A stretch of DNA of 64,000 nt from Hormiphora californensis (Eukaryota; Animalia; Ctenophora): NCBI GenBank assembly GCA_020137815.1, contig CM035350.1, forward strand, positions 7,564,001-7,628,000, read 5' to 3'. The position numbers were made by a program, and so were the translations under genes. The stretch's first letter is position 1. Each line of letters begins with the position of its first letter. Below the pieces are notes generated by a model. That model searched no databases and had not been told where the DNA came from. It saw nothing but the letters and a program-made list of their open reading frames with translations. Of this stretch, positions 1-13,065 are shown in pieces.

Positions 1-1191
1 TCAGTGTTTTGGGTCTACCATTTTTTGATATACGTCTTTAAGTAACCGCTCAGATCGCCTCTCAGTGTCAGTGTCAGTTCTACTACACTGGCCCTGTGAG
101 GTAAGGGCGGCATATAAATAGACATATTATTATTATTATTATTAAAGAGAGGTTGGTTGGTTGACCGTTGAGAAGGATCGTGAGTGAAAGAAATTGGATA
201 AATTTGTTGAGTTAGCAAATACCAAGGATTACTGGCGGTGTGAACATATAGCATTTATGTTCATATGCTCATAAGAATTAGTCAGATCAATTAAACAAGG
301 CAACATTATATGGTGTCAATCTTGTTGTCGCTCCTGACGAGGCTAAAGTTAGTTCTGAACAAATCGAGTTGGATGGATCCCAGGGATAGATAGATAGAGA
401 GAAAGGGAGAGAGAAAGAGAGAGAGAGGGGGTTGATAGTTACTACAGGCAACCACACATATATACTGAGCTCTCTCATTAGATGATTGTGCTACAACCGT
501 CTTTCTGAAAGGACGATGAGTGTGCTCCCCGATACAATATCATCTATAAGAAACGTGTAAAACAGATTTCAAACTGTGGCACATGGCAGCTACACATTTC
601 AACCAGTCCTGTGGGAGAAATGAATCTATAACACACTACGCTCTGTGCTGGTATTGTATTAGATAATGGTCTAATGTATGTACTGTTATAGTAGTAATGG
701 CGTTCTCTGCAGTACATTCGGAACTCTCTGAACTAAGTTTTTTGCTTCCGACTTGGAAACACGTACCAGTTAGATGATCTGAAAAGAAGGCAAAGTTTGA
801 AATATCCCACAAAGATTACTAGATACCCGTCACCCGATACAGAATAACGGTCGCAGGAACACTCATGGACTGTCATTTTCCCAACGCAAGGTTGACAAAA
901 GGTCGGTGACTCATGATGAGATGTGTGTCATGTTCAATAAAGATGGCAGTGACGTGTCAGCCATTGTTTAAACGACCCTGAAATGTAGGAGTGAAGTTGA
1001 GAAGTATGTTTTTGAGGGCAGCCACAACACCCAACTGTACTGAGAAACAAAGCAGCTCACGACCCTTTATTGTTTACAAACGCAAATTCACTCTACTTAG
1101 TAGAGTCTACTATACAGATATATATATATAGGACACTATACACGCAGACAGCTCAGCTCTAAAGTAGCACATAAAAGCGTTCATCACGTCT

Positions 1192-4100
1192 TTACTGTCG
1201 CGTGAGTAGCTGCAAAAATATGACACTTAGAAGGAGAATGACATTGATCGCTACTGACAAGCAACCACACACAGCATCTATAGTCTTATCATCGTCATTC
1301 ATGAATCTACCCTCCTCACACACAAAGTTATCAGTGGCATTTTTGTTTACACAGGTAGCAGTTACCAGCTCCCCCTCCTCAAACGTGGCCTTCATCGGAA
1401 CTACCGTTGCCCATTCCTCATCAGGGGCGTAGCACGTAGTCACTTGAGATTCGCACGCGGTAATGGTAGGTGAGAAAGACCCACTCTGGCATTCATGGTA
1501 GGTGGTAGAATTATCAGGACATTTGATAGTAACCTGCGCTCCATTATTAAAGGAGCTCTTGCTTGGATTAATAGTGCTGCCCGATCCAGCCTCGTTGTTA
1601 TACGTGCAGGAAACTGGAGGAATGGTTATCTGTTAGATTCACAAGGACACACATGATATGCATTGAAGCATTTCCACATATTCAGATAGAGACAGATCAG
1701 CGGCAATCAAAGCAAAAAAAAAGTTTCACACAGCAAGAAAAGACACGGATAGCAAGCAGAAACCACAACCAATGTGAGGTGTCATAATATATAATCAAAC
1801 CACAAAGATATAATATGCAGTGCACGATAGGTCGTGTTGCAAAGACCTGGAGATATTCATTAGGACACATGGCGACATGCAGATGTAGCAGGTGCTGTTT
1901 AAAGATTTAACCGCTAATTTCCCATGCTTCGCAATATGCATAATAATTTTCTGTAGCATGTAACAACACGAAATAATGCTGTTCAAACCTGTGGATCCTC
2001 CACACGTGGGAATATCGTCGCTCCAAATGCCGCTGTTACATGTTAGGGTGGAAGCTCCACTTAGAGTACCTGAGTCGCATACAAATGATGCAGTTGTGCC
2101 TTCGGTCCGGGCGTCGTCGCTATATGTAACGGTCGCCCCGGAGACATATGAACTGAGATCCCAGCACGTGGCTGAAGAGGAAGAGGTGTTAAAATATAAC
2201 TAGCACGATCATTGATGCAATATATTAGAGCGTTTCAGAAATAACTTCGTGTCCCAATATCTCCAAAAGTATAAAAGATATCTACACGAAACCTTTTCTA
2301 GCATATTATTTGAACTCTTGACTACACACAACAGTGGTCACTTTGAAAAATTTAATCAAGGTTGGCTCTGGGCGAACCCGGAAATGTACCTTACTCAAAA
2401 TGCCGCTGCACGGGAAAAACGCGCGTAGTACTGAAACTGCTGTACTTCTCAAAAATTGGTTCTAAGGGATATTTTATTGCATTATACTTGTTCATTAGAC
2501 AATTCTCTTTCATTTAAGATGTAATAGAAGGTCCTAGCTTCATTCGTTGCTGAGCAATGGGTCTTTGAAAATCCTTGGCAAAATTTTGAAATTTTCACTT
2601 CCGGGTCTCTTCACGTTTTATAGGACTGACGTATAACCGATATCTTGGCAGCAAAAGATAGCTCTAAGTAAGCTTTAAGCCATTGTGAAGTCAATTATTC
2701 GCTTCGTCGGCTTATTGAAGTCAAAAATTGACGTTTTCGAACATACCCCTAAAACAAGCCAAAAATTGAGGTCAAATTTCGGTATTTTTCGTTTTTTCAT
2801 GTTACATCTACTATTCTAAATGTTTTTAGTGAACGCGTCGAGACCCAAATCACATATATATCTCATCCTTAGACGATTTGCTATCGATTGAGCACTACGG
2901 GAAGTCAAAAATCTTTACCAGCTTTCTTCCAGTGGCGTTTAGAAAAAGTTGGTAACGCCGTGCAGCGGCAGCACGACTTATGGTGCCAACGAACCAAATT
3001 TCGAGTACTTCAGGTTGTCATATATAATTCAAAACATGTTTCTAGGAAGAGAATCGTCCAATGAACAGGATAAAACTAGGTAGAAGTCTCTATCTCTTAT
3101 AGATCCCGAAATATCGCGACACGAAGTTATTTCTGAAACGCTCTAGTATTAGGGAATGAGAAACCTACTTGGTTTACTGCACAGTCCTCGTGACTGGAAG
3201 TTTTCCGAGTTTTTGGTGTACCACTCTCCCGTGATCTTGTGAATGAGACCCCACTTTTTATGGTTTGTATAAGACTCCCTGTTGTCGTATCCGGCGGGGG
3301 TATAGCCGTCAATCCATTCGACGTATCCTGTCTTTTCGAGATCTCTGAATGGGAATTCTCATAGTATTTGACGTAACTATAAGATGACCCTGGCCCTAGA
3401 ATTGCTCATACCTCACACCTACACATGTATACCTCCCACCTATAACACCCCTACACACATATAATATATCAGAAGTTTCGTTATTTTTTATTCCAGCTTT
3501 ATTATAATACTTGTATTCTCAACTTACATAAGTCCCATCCATAAGAGGTTGTCATTATCGGTCGAAGCCTCGGTAGATCCGTAATCAGCCTGAATCATTG
3601 CCACAACTATGTCGTTGTGGTACTCTGTTGGAATAACAGCAAGTGTGAGACCCTGCTCTTCACAACTAGCTTTACAGACGTCATATGTTGTCTTTTCAGC
3701 ACCGTTGCAGTAACTGTACTCAAACTCTGGAAAGGTGGATTAATTTGGTGATGAGAAGCTAGATAAGAAGGCCTTACCTTATAACAGTGTCAACTTTTCT
3801 TAGTTCATTAAGTTATTATTACCTCGGGCCTGTGTCACGCGAATGGTATAAGCGTTCTTGAACATATTGCAGTTATTGGCGTTATCGTCTCTGTTGTAGT
3901 TGATATACCCTCCATCGCCCCAGTCCGCACCATAACTGATGGATGTAGTGAGTTTTAAAGGATTTTATAGTATTTTATTTGTGCGACAACTCAGGGACCT
4001 CGAGTAAGTTACCTTGCCCGGATTCGGAAAGTAGTCTCTGTGTATCCAACAAGGAGCATAATGTGGGACAAAGCATCGGTTGCACAGTCTACATCGGTAT

Positions 4101-5634
4101 AGTCGCCTGAAAGATGCGTGACTTAATTGCTAGAAACATGTCTGGCGCCAGACCCCGTTTTCATTGTCCTACAGTGCGCTCAGATCGGGTCGGCTCCAGT
4201 CATCTTAGAGACCAGATCTTAAATATGGTTGATGAGCCGGATGACTCTTTTAGTCCTCTTTTAACGTCAACTACATCATACATGGTTGCCATGGCAAGTG
4301 TATCAGTAACCAAAGAGACTCAATTGCTGAAATTTCTTAACAGCTTTGGACATTTCCAAACTATATTAACTGTTTTCCCAAAAAATATAATAGAGAGTAG
4401 AAACTTGGCCTTGGTTGATTATGTGCCTAGCCAATAGCCATACATGGGATGAAAAGAATAGTGTCTACCAGAAAAGTGTATTTACCACCAGAATAAGTTT
4501 GGAGGTCGTTGCTGATGTATGACAAGTATGCCACGGGCGATGTGCTTGTTAGACCCTCCAGGAAGCTTGTCTCGTCATTTGCAAGTCTTTCGTAGTCCTG
4601 GAACCATAACTTAGTGAATGCGTTACCAGTCCGGGTCGCATAATCATCATCAAAAGTACAGGGTCGATCTGGAAAGAATTTTATATATTACGTCAACTAA
4701 CATTTTCCAATGGTTTATAACATTTGACACGAAACTTACAATATGCAGTGTACTCGAAATCCTCTGTTGACTTCATATATTGCCGAGATTTTATTACTAT
4801 AAATCCATCTTTGGTAGTCCCACCGCCACATCCATCAAAATCAAAGGTGCAGTCAACAAAATACTGCTCAGAAAAGTCAACAAGCTCACCAGTCAGTTCC
4901 TTGTATAGCGCTTCAACACTTCCCGTCTAGAATAATTATGGTGTGTGTGTGTATTAGCGCCATCAACTATTTATAGTATCTGACTAGTGTCCGGTTAGTC
5001 GTTGTCTCAGTGTCTGTTTAGTCTCTGTTGGTCTCCATCGTCTCACCGTTGGGAATGACCAACATGATCCACAGCTCAGCTGATCCTTTGGGGGTACAAA
5101 TCCTACGGTATTTTCCCAGTAATCGTAAGTGGCAGGGGAGACTGCTGGACCGTTTACTGCGCCTAGGAGCTGGACTTATACTGCGCCTAGGAGGTCTTCT
5201 TCCTCGCTTGGAGTCTTCTTCCTCGCTCACAACAGAGGTGGCGTTCATACGAGCCTGATATATCTTGTAACGCTCAAACTCCGCATTATTCTAAAAAGGG
5301 GCGGGGGTATTATTATAGTACTAGAGAGCCCAGGCAAAAGACCCAAAACTCCTCTCGCCCCCTACTGACTCCTCCCACCCCTATCGAATCCTCCCAATAT
5401 CTATTGACTGCTCTCGTCCCACATTCTTCAGCACCCTCCCTCCCCGCCCCCGGGCTATGTTGACCAACTCACCCCATAACCCCCTTACAGCCAGTTGGAG
5501 TCCTACAACAACCCCCCCCCCCCCCCGGTCTCTATGTCTCTCTCCCCCTCTCCGTCTCTTTCCCTGTCCCCTCTCCAATGGATAGTCTCCATCTATCCCC
5601 TTCTCTCTTTATCCCTCTCACCCCATCATTCCCT

Positions 5635-5701
<67 letters not shown>

Positions 5702-7136
5702 ATCTCTCTCTCACTCTCTCACCACAAAACACGACAGGAACACGCAATACAACACCCAACAACATGCACGTGCAGTATTAACACTCTTGCCCACCATCAT
5801 GGCAACTCCCCAAACCCCCACCAAACACCCCTAACAACACGTCAATTTTCCACGTGCAAGTCCTAAAACCCCCTCCCCCAAATTTTGTCTTGCAACCATC
5901 TCTGCTTTATAATATAGACTAGAAAGCCCATTGAAGTCCTAAAACAGCCCCCCACCCGTCTCTAATCTCTATGCCCCCCCCTCTCACTCTTTGTCTCTCC
6001 ATGTCGGGGTAAAGAATACGGAGGTTGGTAGTGGTAGAGCGCTGGTGATAAACATCAAGGGAAATTCCGCTGAATAACATGTAGAATCAGGTGATAAAGA
6101 TCCGTAGAATTGTAGCTAAGTAGAGAATCAATGGGGTACGTAGGTAGAAAGGCTTTGCAATCATGGCGGCCCCAGCAGTAGATCCCAAAACACCACAGGA
6201 AAACCACAGGAACACGAAACAAACAACCAACAACATGCACGTGCAGTATCCCCCCACAACCTCCAACCTTGGCAACCCCCTCTATTTGCACGTGATGATA
6301 GGTCATCATACTCACCACGACGTTCATTTGTACTTTATAATATAGACTAGAAAGCCCATTGTTAAGTCCTATAACAGCCCCCCACCCGTCTCTATGCCCC
6401 CCCCCCCCTCTTACTGATCTTCGTCTCTCCATGTCCGGGTAAAGAATATGGAGGTTGGTAGTGGTAGAGCGCTGGTGATAAACATCAAGGGAAATCCCGC
6501 TGAATAACATGTAGAAACAGGTGATAAAGATCCATAGAATTGTAGCTGTGTAGAGAATCAACGGGGTACGTAGGTAGAAAGGCTTTGGCATTCATCGGGG
6601 CCGCAGCAGTAGATGGCAAAACACCACACAGGAACACACAACAAACAACCAACAACATGCACGTGCAGTATCCCCCCAAAACCTCCAATACCCCTCCCAA
6701 GCCACCTCCTTGGCAACCCCCCACCATTTGCACGTGGGATACTACATCATACTCCTCACTACGACGTTCATTTGTACTTTATAATAAGGACTAGAAAGCC
6801 CGTTGGCTGGACCCCGTTGATGTCTCTCTCTCACTCTCTCTTCCCCCCCCCCTCTCTATCTATCTCTATCTCTCTCTCTCATCTCTCTCTCCTCCTCTCT
6901 CCATCCTCTCTCTCTCTCTCAATCTCTCTCTCTCTCTCGTCATCTCTCTCTCCTCATCTCTCTCTCTCAGGCTACATCTCTCCTCTCTCCTATCTACCTT
7001 CTCTCACTTCATCTCTTCTCATATCCTTTCTCTATCTCTCTTGTCCCTCTATCTCTCTTTCCTCTATCTCTCTATCTCTCACTCTACTAGCCGCTATCCC
7101 TTGTATCTCTACTCTATCTTTCTCGCTCCTCTTTCT

Positions 7137-7181
<45 letters not shown>

Positions 7182-7963
7182 AGCCTCTCCTCTCTATCTC
7201 TCTTTGGTCTCTATCTCTAGCCTCTCTTCACTCACTCCTCTCTCTACCACTCTCTCACTCCATCCTGCCGGGCTGAAGAATATGGAGTGGCTGGTAGAGT
7301 GGTAGAGGATCGTGATGTAACATCAAGGGTCATCGTTAGATGTTGCTGCTTGAAACGTGTCGAAATTAGGTGATAAAACATCGTAGAATATAGAATTGTA
7401 GCTGTGTAGATAGAGTAGTTTACGTGGGTACGTAGGTAGAAACGCTTTGTTATTATCGGGGGCCGACGCAGTAGATTGGCCAAAACACCCGCAGGACAAC
7501 GAAACACAACACCCAACAACATGCACGTGCAGGTATTCACATCCTTGCCCACCAACCATAACCAACCCCTGATCGCACGGGCAAATGGTGGCAAAATTGT
7601 TTGCACGCTAGTGTTGCAAGCTAGGGATACTCCCATCACCAACGCCACGCTATTTGTACTTATAATAAGGACTAGAAAAGCCGTTGGCTGGACCCCGTTT
7701 ATGTATCTCTCTCTCAACTCTCTCTTCCCACCCCCACTCCTATCTATCTCTATCTCTCTCTCTCTCCTCATACTCTCTCTCTCTAGTCCTCTCTTCTCTC
7801 TTCTCTCTCTCTCTCTCTACCCATTCTCTCACTTCATCTCTTCATCATATCCTTTCTCTATCTCTCTCTGTCCCTCTATCTCTCTTTCCCTCTATCTCTC
7901 TATCTCTCACTCTATCTAGCTCGCTATCCCTCTGTATCTCTATCTTTCTCGCTCCATCTCTCT

Positions 7964-8006
<43 letters not shown>

Positions 8007-8887
8007 AGCTCTCTCCCTCTCTATCTCTCTTTGTCTCTATCTCTACCTCTCTCACTCACTCTCTCTCTCACTCTCTCACTCCATCATGCCGGGCTGAAGA
8101 ATATGGAGGTTGGTAGAGTGGTAGAGATCGTGATGAACATCAAGGGTCATCGTTAGATGGCTGCTTGAAACGTGTCGAATTAGGTGATAAACATGCGTAG
8201 AATTGTAGCTGTGTAGAGTAGTTAACGGGGGTACGTAGGTAGAAACGCTTTGGTATTCATCGGGGCCGAAGCAGTAGATGGCAAAACACCGCAGGAACAC
8301 GAAACACAACACCCAACAACATGCACGTGCAGTATTCACATCCTTGCCCACCAACCATAACAACCCCTTGATTCGCACGGGCAAATGGGGCAAATTGTTG
8401 CACGCTAGTGTTGCAAGCTAGGATACTCCATCACCACGCCACGCATTTGTACTTTATAATAAGGATAGCTGGTTACGGCATACGGAGTGTGTACCTGTAT
8501 AACAGTGCACAATGGGATTAATGACTAACTAACTAATAACTAACCATTATAGAGAGCCTGTTGAGGGATTGGAGCATAGTATTTGTGGTTGTTTTTTCTA
8601 CGCTTTTTTGGAACTGAATTAACCGTGCATACCGCTCACTGAAATAGGTAGTAGTAGTATATCAGGGACGGATAGTTTATCAACAGGGAATTATGTTCGG
8701 ATAGGGGGAAATCCTGTTCGTACTCGCTAGTCGTTCGAATGTCTTACCTTCTGTCTTTTCCTTGAACTGATTCAAAACCCCATCTCTTTAGAGTGTTTTG
8801 GAACAGCTGGGCCGTTGGAACTGTTACCTTTCCTGCCTGGGTCGAGACAAGGACAAGCCCCAGGAAGAGCAAAACGCGAACAAACAT
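1192..8887 (-). CDS. Multidomain papain-family (C1A) protease-like protein with C-type lectin domain, three sushi/CCP-like modules and C-terminal GPI/TM segment (spliced; apparent frameshifts)
   Basis: Hand-spliced exons: 8887-8748 (signal MFVRVLLFLGLVLVSTQAG), ~8638-8545 (prodomain-like), ~5291-5047 (KDQLSCGSCWSF), 4926-4740 (LVDFSEQYFVDC..GCGGG), 4668-4486, 4106-4013 (SHIMLLVGY), 3935-3823 (SYGADWGDGGYI), 3726-3528 and 3344-3169 (CTL: CKASCEEQGLTLAVI..EWIDG..GEW..GLC), 2171-1989 (sushi), 1613-1192 (two sushi-like modules + hydrophobic tail). GT-AG junctions are phase-compatible except for +1 indels near 3540 and 5135. Confidence 0.88.
2228..3143. mobile_element. Non-autonomous Tc1/mariner-like DNA transposon (MITE) in intron
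   Basis: Perfect 26-bp TIR GAGCGTTTCAGAAATAACTTCGTGTC at both ends (extends imperfectly), flanked by TA on each side; no coding capacity. Confidence 0.85.
5320..8465. repeat. Head-to-tail array of ~5 compound units (430-880 bp) with embedded (CT)n tracts
   Basis: Blocks AACATGCACGTGCAG (~5761, 6231, 6652, 7517, 8318), TACGTAGGTAGAAA and TTTATAAT..GACTAGAAAG recur in the same order. Confidence 0.85.
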
Positions 8888-9721
8888 TAAATCTGAAAGA
8901 TTTGTTAGAACAAAACAGCAGCTACCTGCTTCATGGAATGATGAGAATGTGCTTGATTGCTACTGTAGGAGAATGCAGCTTGTGCGCTGTATAATGCCAC
9001 TGTAATTCTAAACACTACTACGGCTTTAAAAGTGCCATGCCACCACTGTCCACAACTATGAAGCAGGAAGTGTCTTTACATTACACTTTTACAAACAAGC
9101 GTGTGGTGGTGTCAACCCTAACTGCAGATATATATTGCACTTTCTAGGCTAGCACAAATTGGATCAATTAGATATTGGAGACATACACGCCATGTGCATA
9201 ATGATGGCTGCATAGTGTTTTGATAACTCTGCAAGCACGATCGCTGACACCTTGCTTTTATACATACGTTATTTATATGTTAAAACTCCATGTCCAAGTG
9301 ATATGGATATATAATATGCAGTTATAGAGTTAGCTAGAACGCTCGCCCACTGCTGCTGTAATAGAGACCTATTGTGTTCCCTGCATGTTGGGTGGGAAAA
9401 TGAACTCTATTGGAGACCCACTGTCACCTTGCCGCCCTAGGCATGAACTGCGGGCGGTGCCTACAAAGATTGTGAAGGATCGGCAGTATAACTGAGAGAG
9501 AGAGAGAGAGAGTGTCTAGAGAGAAGTTGGAGTTTCTAGAGAGAAGTTGGATGAAGCCGTGGGTGGTGTAAAGCCGAGAAGGCGGCGCTGTATGAATTGT
9601 ATTGATCTCTTGTATGGATCTCCATATTGCACTCTCGTTACACAGGGCAACGACCAGTGACCACAGCAAGCTTGATATATTTAATGCACAAGCAAACCGA
9701 GCAAACTGGTGTTGGGATAGT

Positions 9722-9768
<47 letters not shown>

Positions 9769-10872
9769 AAACGTAGGTCATTCGAGCTAGGATGAATGCG
9801 AGTAAGGACATGAATGATGAAGTCAGCTCTCGTGTATGTTAAGAGACTGGAGATAAGGGCGAGTGACTCCTGGGTAATGAATGTATTCCTAGGAACAATA
9901 ACTTCATGTGCCCTAGCATAGTAGCATTTTAACAGTTGGGCTCTACCAAAGGATAATATTAATATAAACCTGGTAGTGGTAATAAACAAAACAAAAGTAA
10001 TTTTAATACAAATCTACAACATCCACTGTCAGTGCTGCAGTAGCTGCTGTCTTCGCGTTGCAGCACGGAGATATGATAATTCACACTCAACACTCAAGTG
10101 TCGGTGAGGTGTCGGTAATTCCTGCATATATTTGTATCACGAACACGCGTGTGTGTATCATAATATGAGATATCCGAAGGAGATATCTATCACCCGATGA
10201 TTAGGCACAACAACATTGCGAATACAATATCCCTCTCTTTCTTTCTCTCTTGACGGTCCTCTTTGAACCACATGACTTTGTTGTAATAATATGCAAAACA
10301 CTAGCAGCTCGATGTTGTTTAGTAGAATGTGATACAGTGTATGTTACTTTGGGGATATTATATACCCGAGCTATTACAAACTATACAAAGTTACAGTGTA
10401 TGTTATGCAGTGGGTGAAGCTAGTGCAGTGAAAACTGGATGATCAATGCATGAAATGGTTGGCAAACACAAAGAATCACAATTTTAGAGTGCTATAGTTT
10501 CCATGGAATCTTTATTTGTTTCTCATCGCATCACTGCCTGCTGACTGGAGTGAGAGAGACTGTTTGGCTCCTGCAAATGACAGAGCATAATGATTAAGAG
10601 GAGGAGGACCTTGAGAAAACAAACATGCGCGGTGAGAAAGGGTCAAATGAGTCGGCGTGCGTGTCTTTGTTGTTTGTCTAGTGAGTCTACGCCATCACAC
10701 TCATATACCGTCACACTAATGTAATGGCTAGTGAAGTACATCACACACTGTAAACAATACTATCACCCAACACTACAGTGATACATGGTACATGCATAGT
10801 GGTACCTCACGTAACCCAATAGCTAAGATAAGGACCGAAATATGGACTTTGGTGAACGCATTGACCTCTCCC

Positions 10873-10984
<112 letters not shown>

Positions 10985-13065
10985 ACGCATGCACCAAATG
11001 AAGACCCAGGAGAATGAAAGCAGAAATTTATGCAAATCCGATCAACAAGCAATATTATTTCTACCTTTATATTGAGCACCTATTAATATTATAACACACC
11101 AATACAACTTTCCCTGCGGGGTGTTAGCTATGTAAGAGAACCCCGGGCCGGGAGAACGGAATACTTCTCTTGAGTTGTGTTAGTCTTGAGCAGTAAAACC
11201 ACCATTCACCAAGTACAATGCATATTTATTGCCCCACACGGTATTATGCCGTACGCTACCCATGTTAGGGGGTTTGTCATGTACATCACAACTTGAGTAG
11301 CTGCAGGATGGCCAATCGGAGCACGCGAGAACTGTGGTCATAGCATTGGCCTGACAGTATTTTAACTACATTTAACTATTGATCCATAATTTGAATTGTA
11401 TTATAGGGATCGTACATTTGAATGCCAATAACAGTAGATCTTCGTTGCGAAAACAAAACAACAACATAGCAACATCATGTGACTCATTCAAAGGCGAACT
11501 CAGACAAAGGAGGTACCCGCGGGAGCCACCGTGTATTAGGGCGTATTACCCTGGACCTTGGTGGCTCAATTCAAGAGTGCAGTAATTTTGAACAATAAAG
11601 AGGGACTGAGAGAGGGAAAATATGTAACAACTTAGTTCCAGTCCTGAAGGAATCACACAACAGAAATGTAAATGACAGTCTAGCTTGGCAAACAGAACTA
11701 ATGATACGCTGAATGGTTGAATGTGTGTGTATGTGATAAAAAAAAAAGGTGAATTGAACTGCCTGTCCGTGTTTGATGCTAAGCTTACATTCCGGCTAAC
11801 GGCGGCTAAGAGCTAGCATATTCAGACACATGTTATTGGCCGCTTTTCCCATTAAATCGGATACAGGACTATCATGGGATCATGGGTTAGAGTAATCCAG
11901 GTATCTACTGCTAATGACCATGAATCCTCGTTTACATAAATGTTTATATCTTTACCCATTATAGCTAGTTTGCATATAAACACAATAATTGTAGGTTAGG
12001 CGGCCTAACATAGACAGGAATAGAAAGGAAAGAAAGCAAAGGGGACGCGTTCCAAAGGAGTAAAGGGGCGGGAGGGGATAACGGGGAGAGTAAAATTTAC
12101 CCTCTCCCCTCTGTCCTTTTCCGTAAATTGAGGAACTGAGGAACTTCTGTCCCTTTGTCTTCCTAATTAGGGGTCACGTTCATAATGTTCATAATATATT
12201 CGTTCTTGCCATTTTATGTGGCACACTTTTCCCGCCAATGTTTCTCCTCTTGTCGCCAGTGTTGCTATGGTGACCTTCTATATCTGGCGCTTGTCCGGAA
12301 GCGGCAATGACTTCATAGTGTGAAAAGCAATCAAAAACTCGGGGTTGGACGCGCGCGGGTCATGCGCGCCCAAATGAAGGATTCGTGGAGATCCGGCACC
12401 ACGCCCCTTTCCAGAGCTATAATTGTTCACGACCAGGCCTTGTTAGTGCGGTATCCTACAACGTGAACACGTGGTTACCTCTTCGCAGCTCTTGATGACT
12501 GTGAGGGCAGTGGCCACCCTCTGCTTTGTTTACATTAGACACAGCTCATTAATAGCCAGTGTTGCTATGGTGACCTTGTTTTCCGTCCCGTCCGATCCTG
12601 TACCGGGGACCCCTGGACCGGGCAAGAGCTACATAAATCCAATGAGAGCTCGATACCAATTATTGGTAAAAAAAGAAGCTGAAAACACAATATTTTGTGC
12701 TATTGTAATGTGTTATACCACGTGGTACAATTACAAAATACACTCTCTCACACACATGATCCAATCAAACAAAATAAAGATCCACGAGCTCAAATTATCT
12801 CTCGTTCTCCCTCCAATCCATTCATTTTAATCTCTCTCCGCAGGGTTCTCAGTCTCCGGGGAGTCACATAAATTTAAAAGTCATTGATTTACAACCAATT
12901 AATTCTCTCAATTGACAATTCGAATGTTCACAATTTATAGCCTATCGTTGCGCCGGCCCTATTTAGGTCATTGCATAATTTCACCTAAATAATCACCCGA
13001 AGCGAGAAGTTTCTATCTGTCTTTCAATGTGGATGGGGCTCTGTAATTACTGGACATGCCATTGT

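Noticed and set aside
330-365. Hammerhead-like CTGACGA + stem
   Set aside because: The required GAAA core after stem II is absent.
5381-8393. Ser/Leu- and Arg/Glu-rich ORFs here and at other (GA)n tracts
   Set aside because: Microsatellite and repeat translations.
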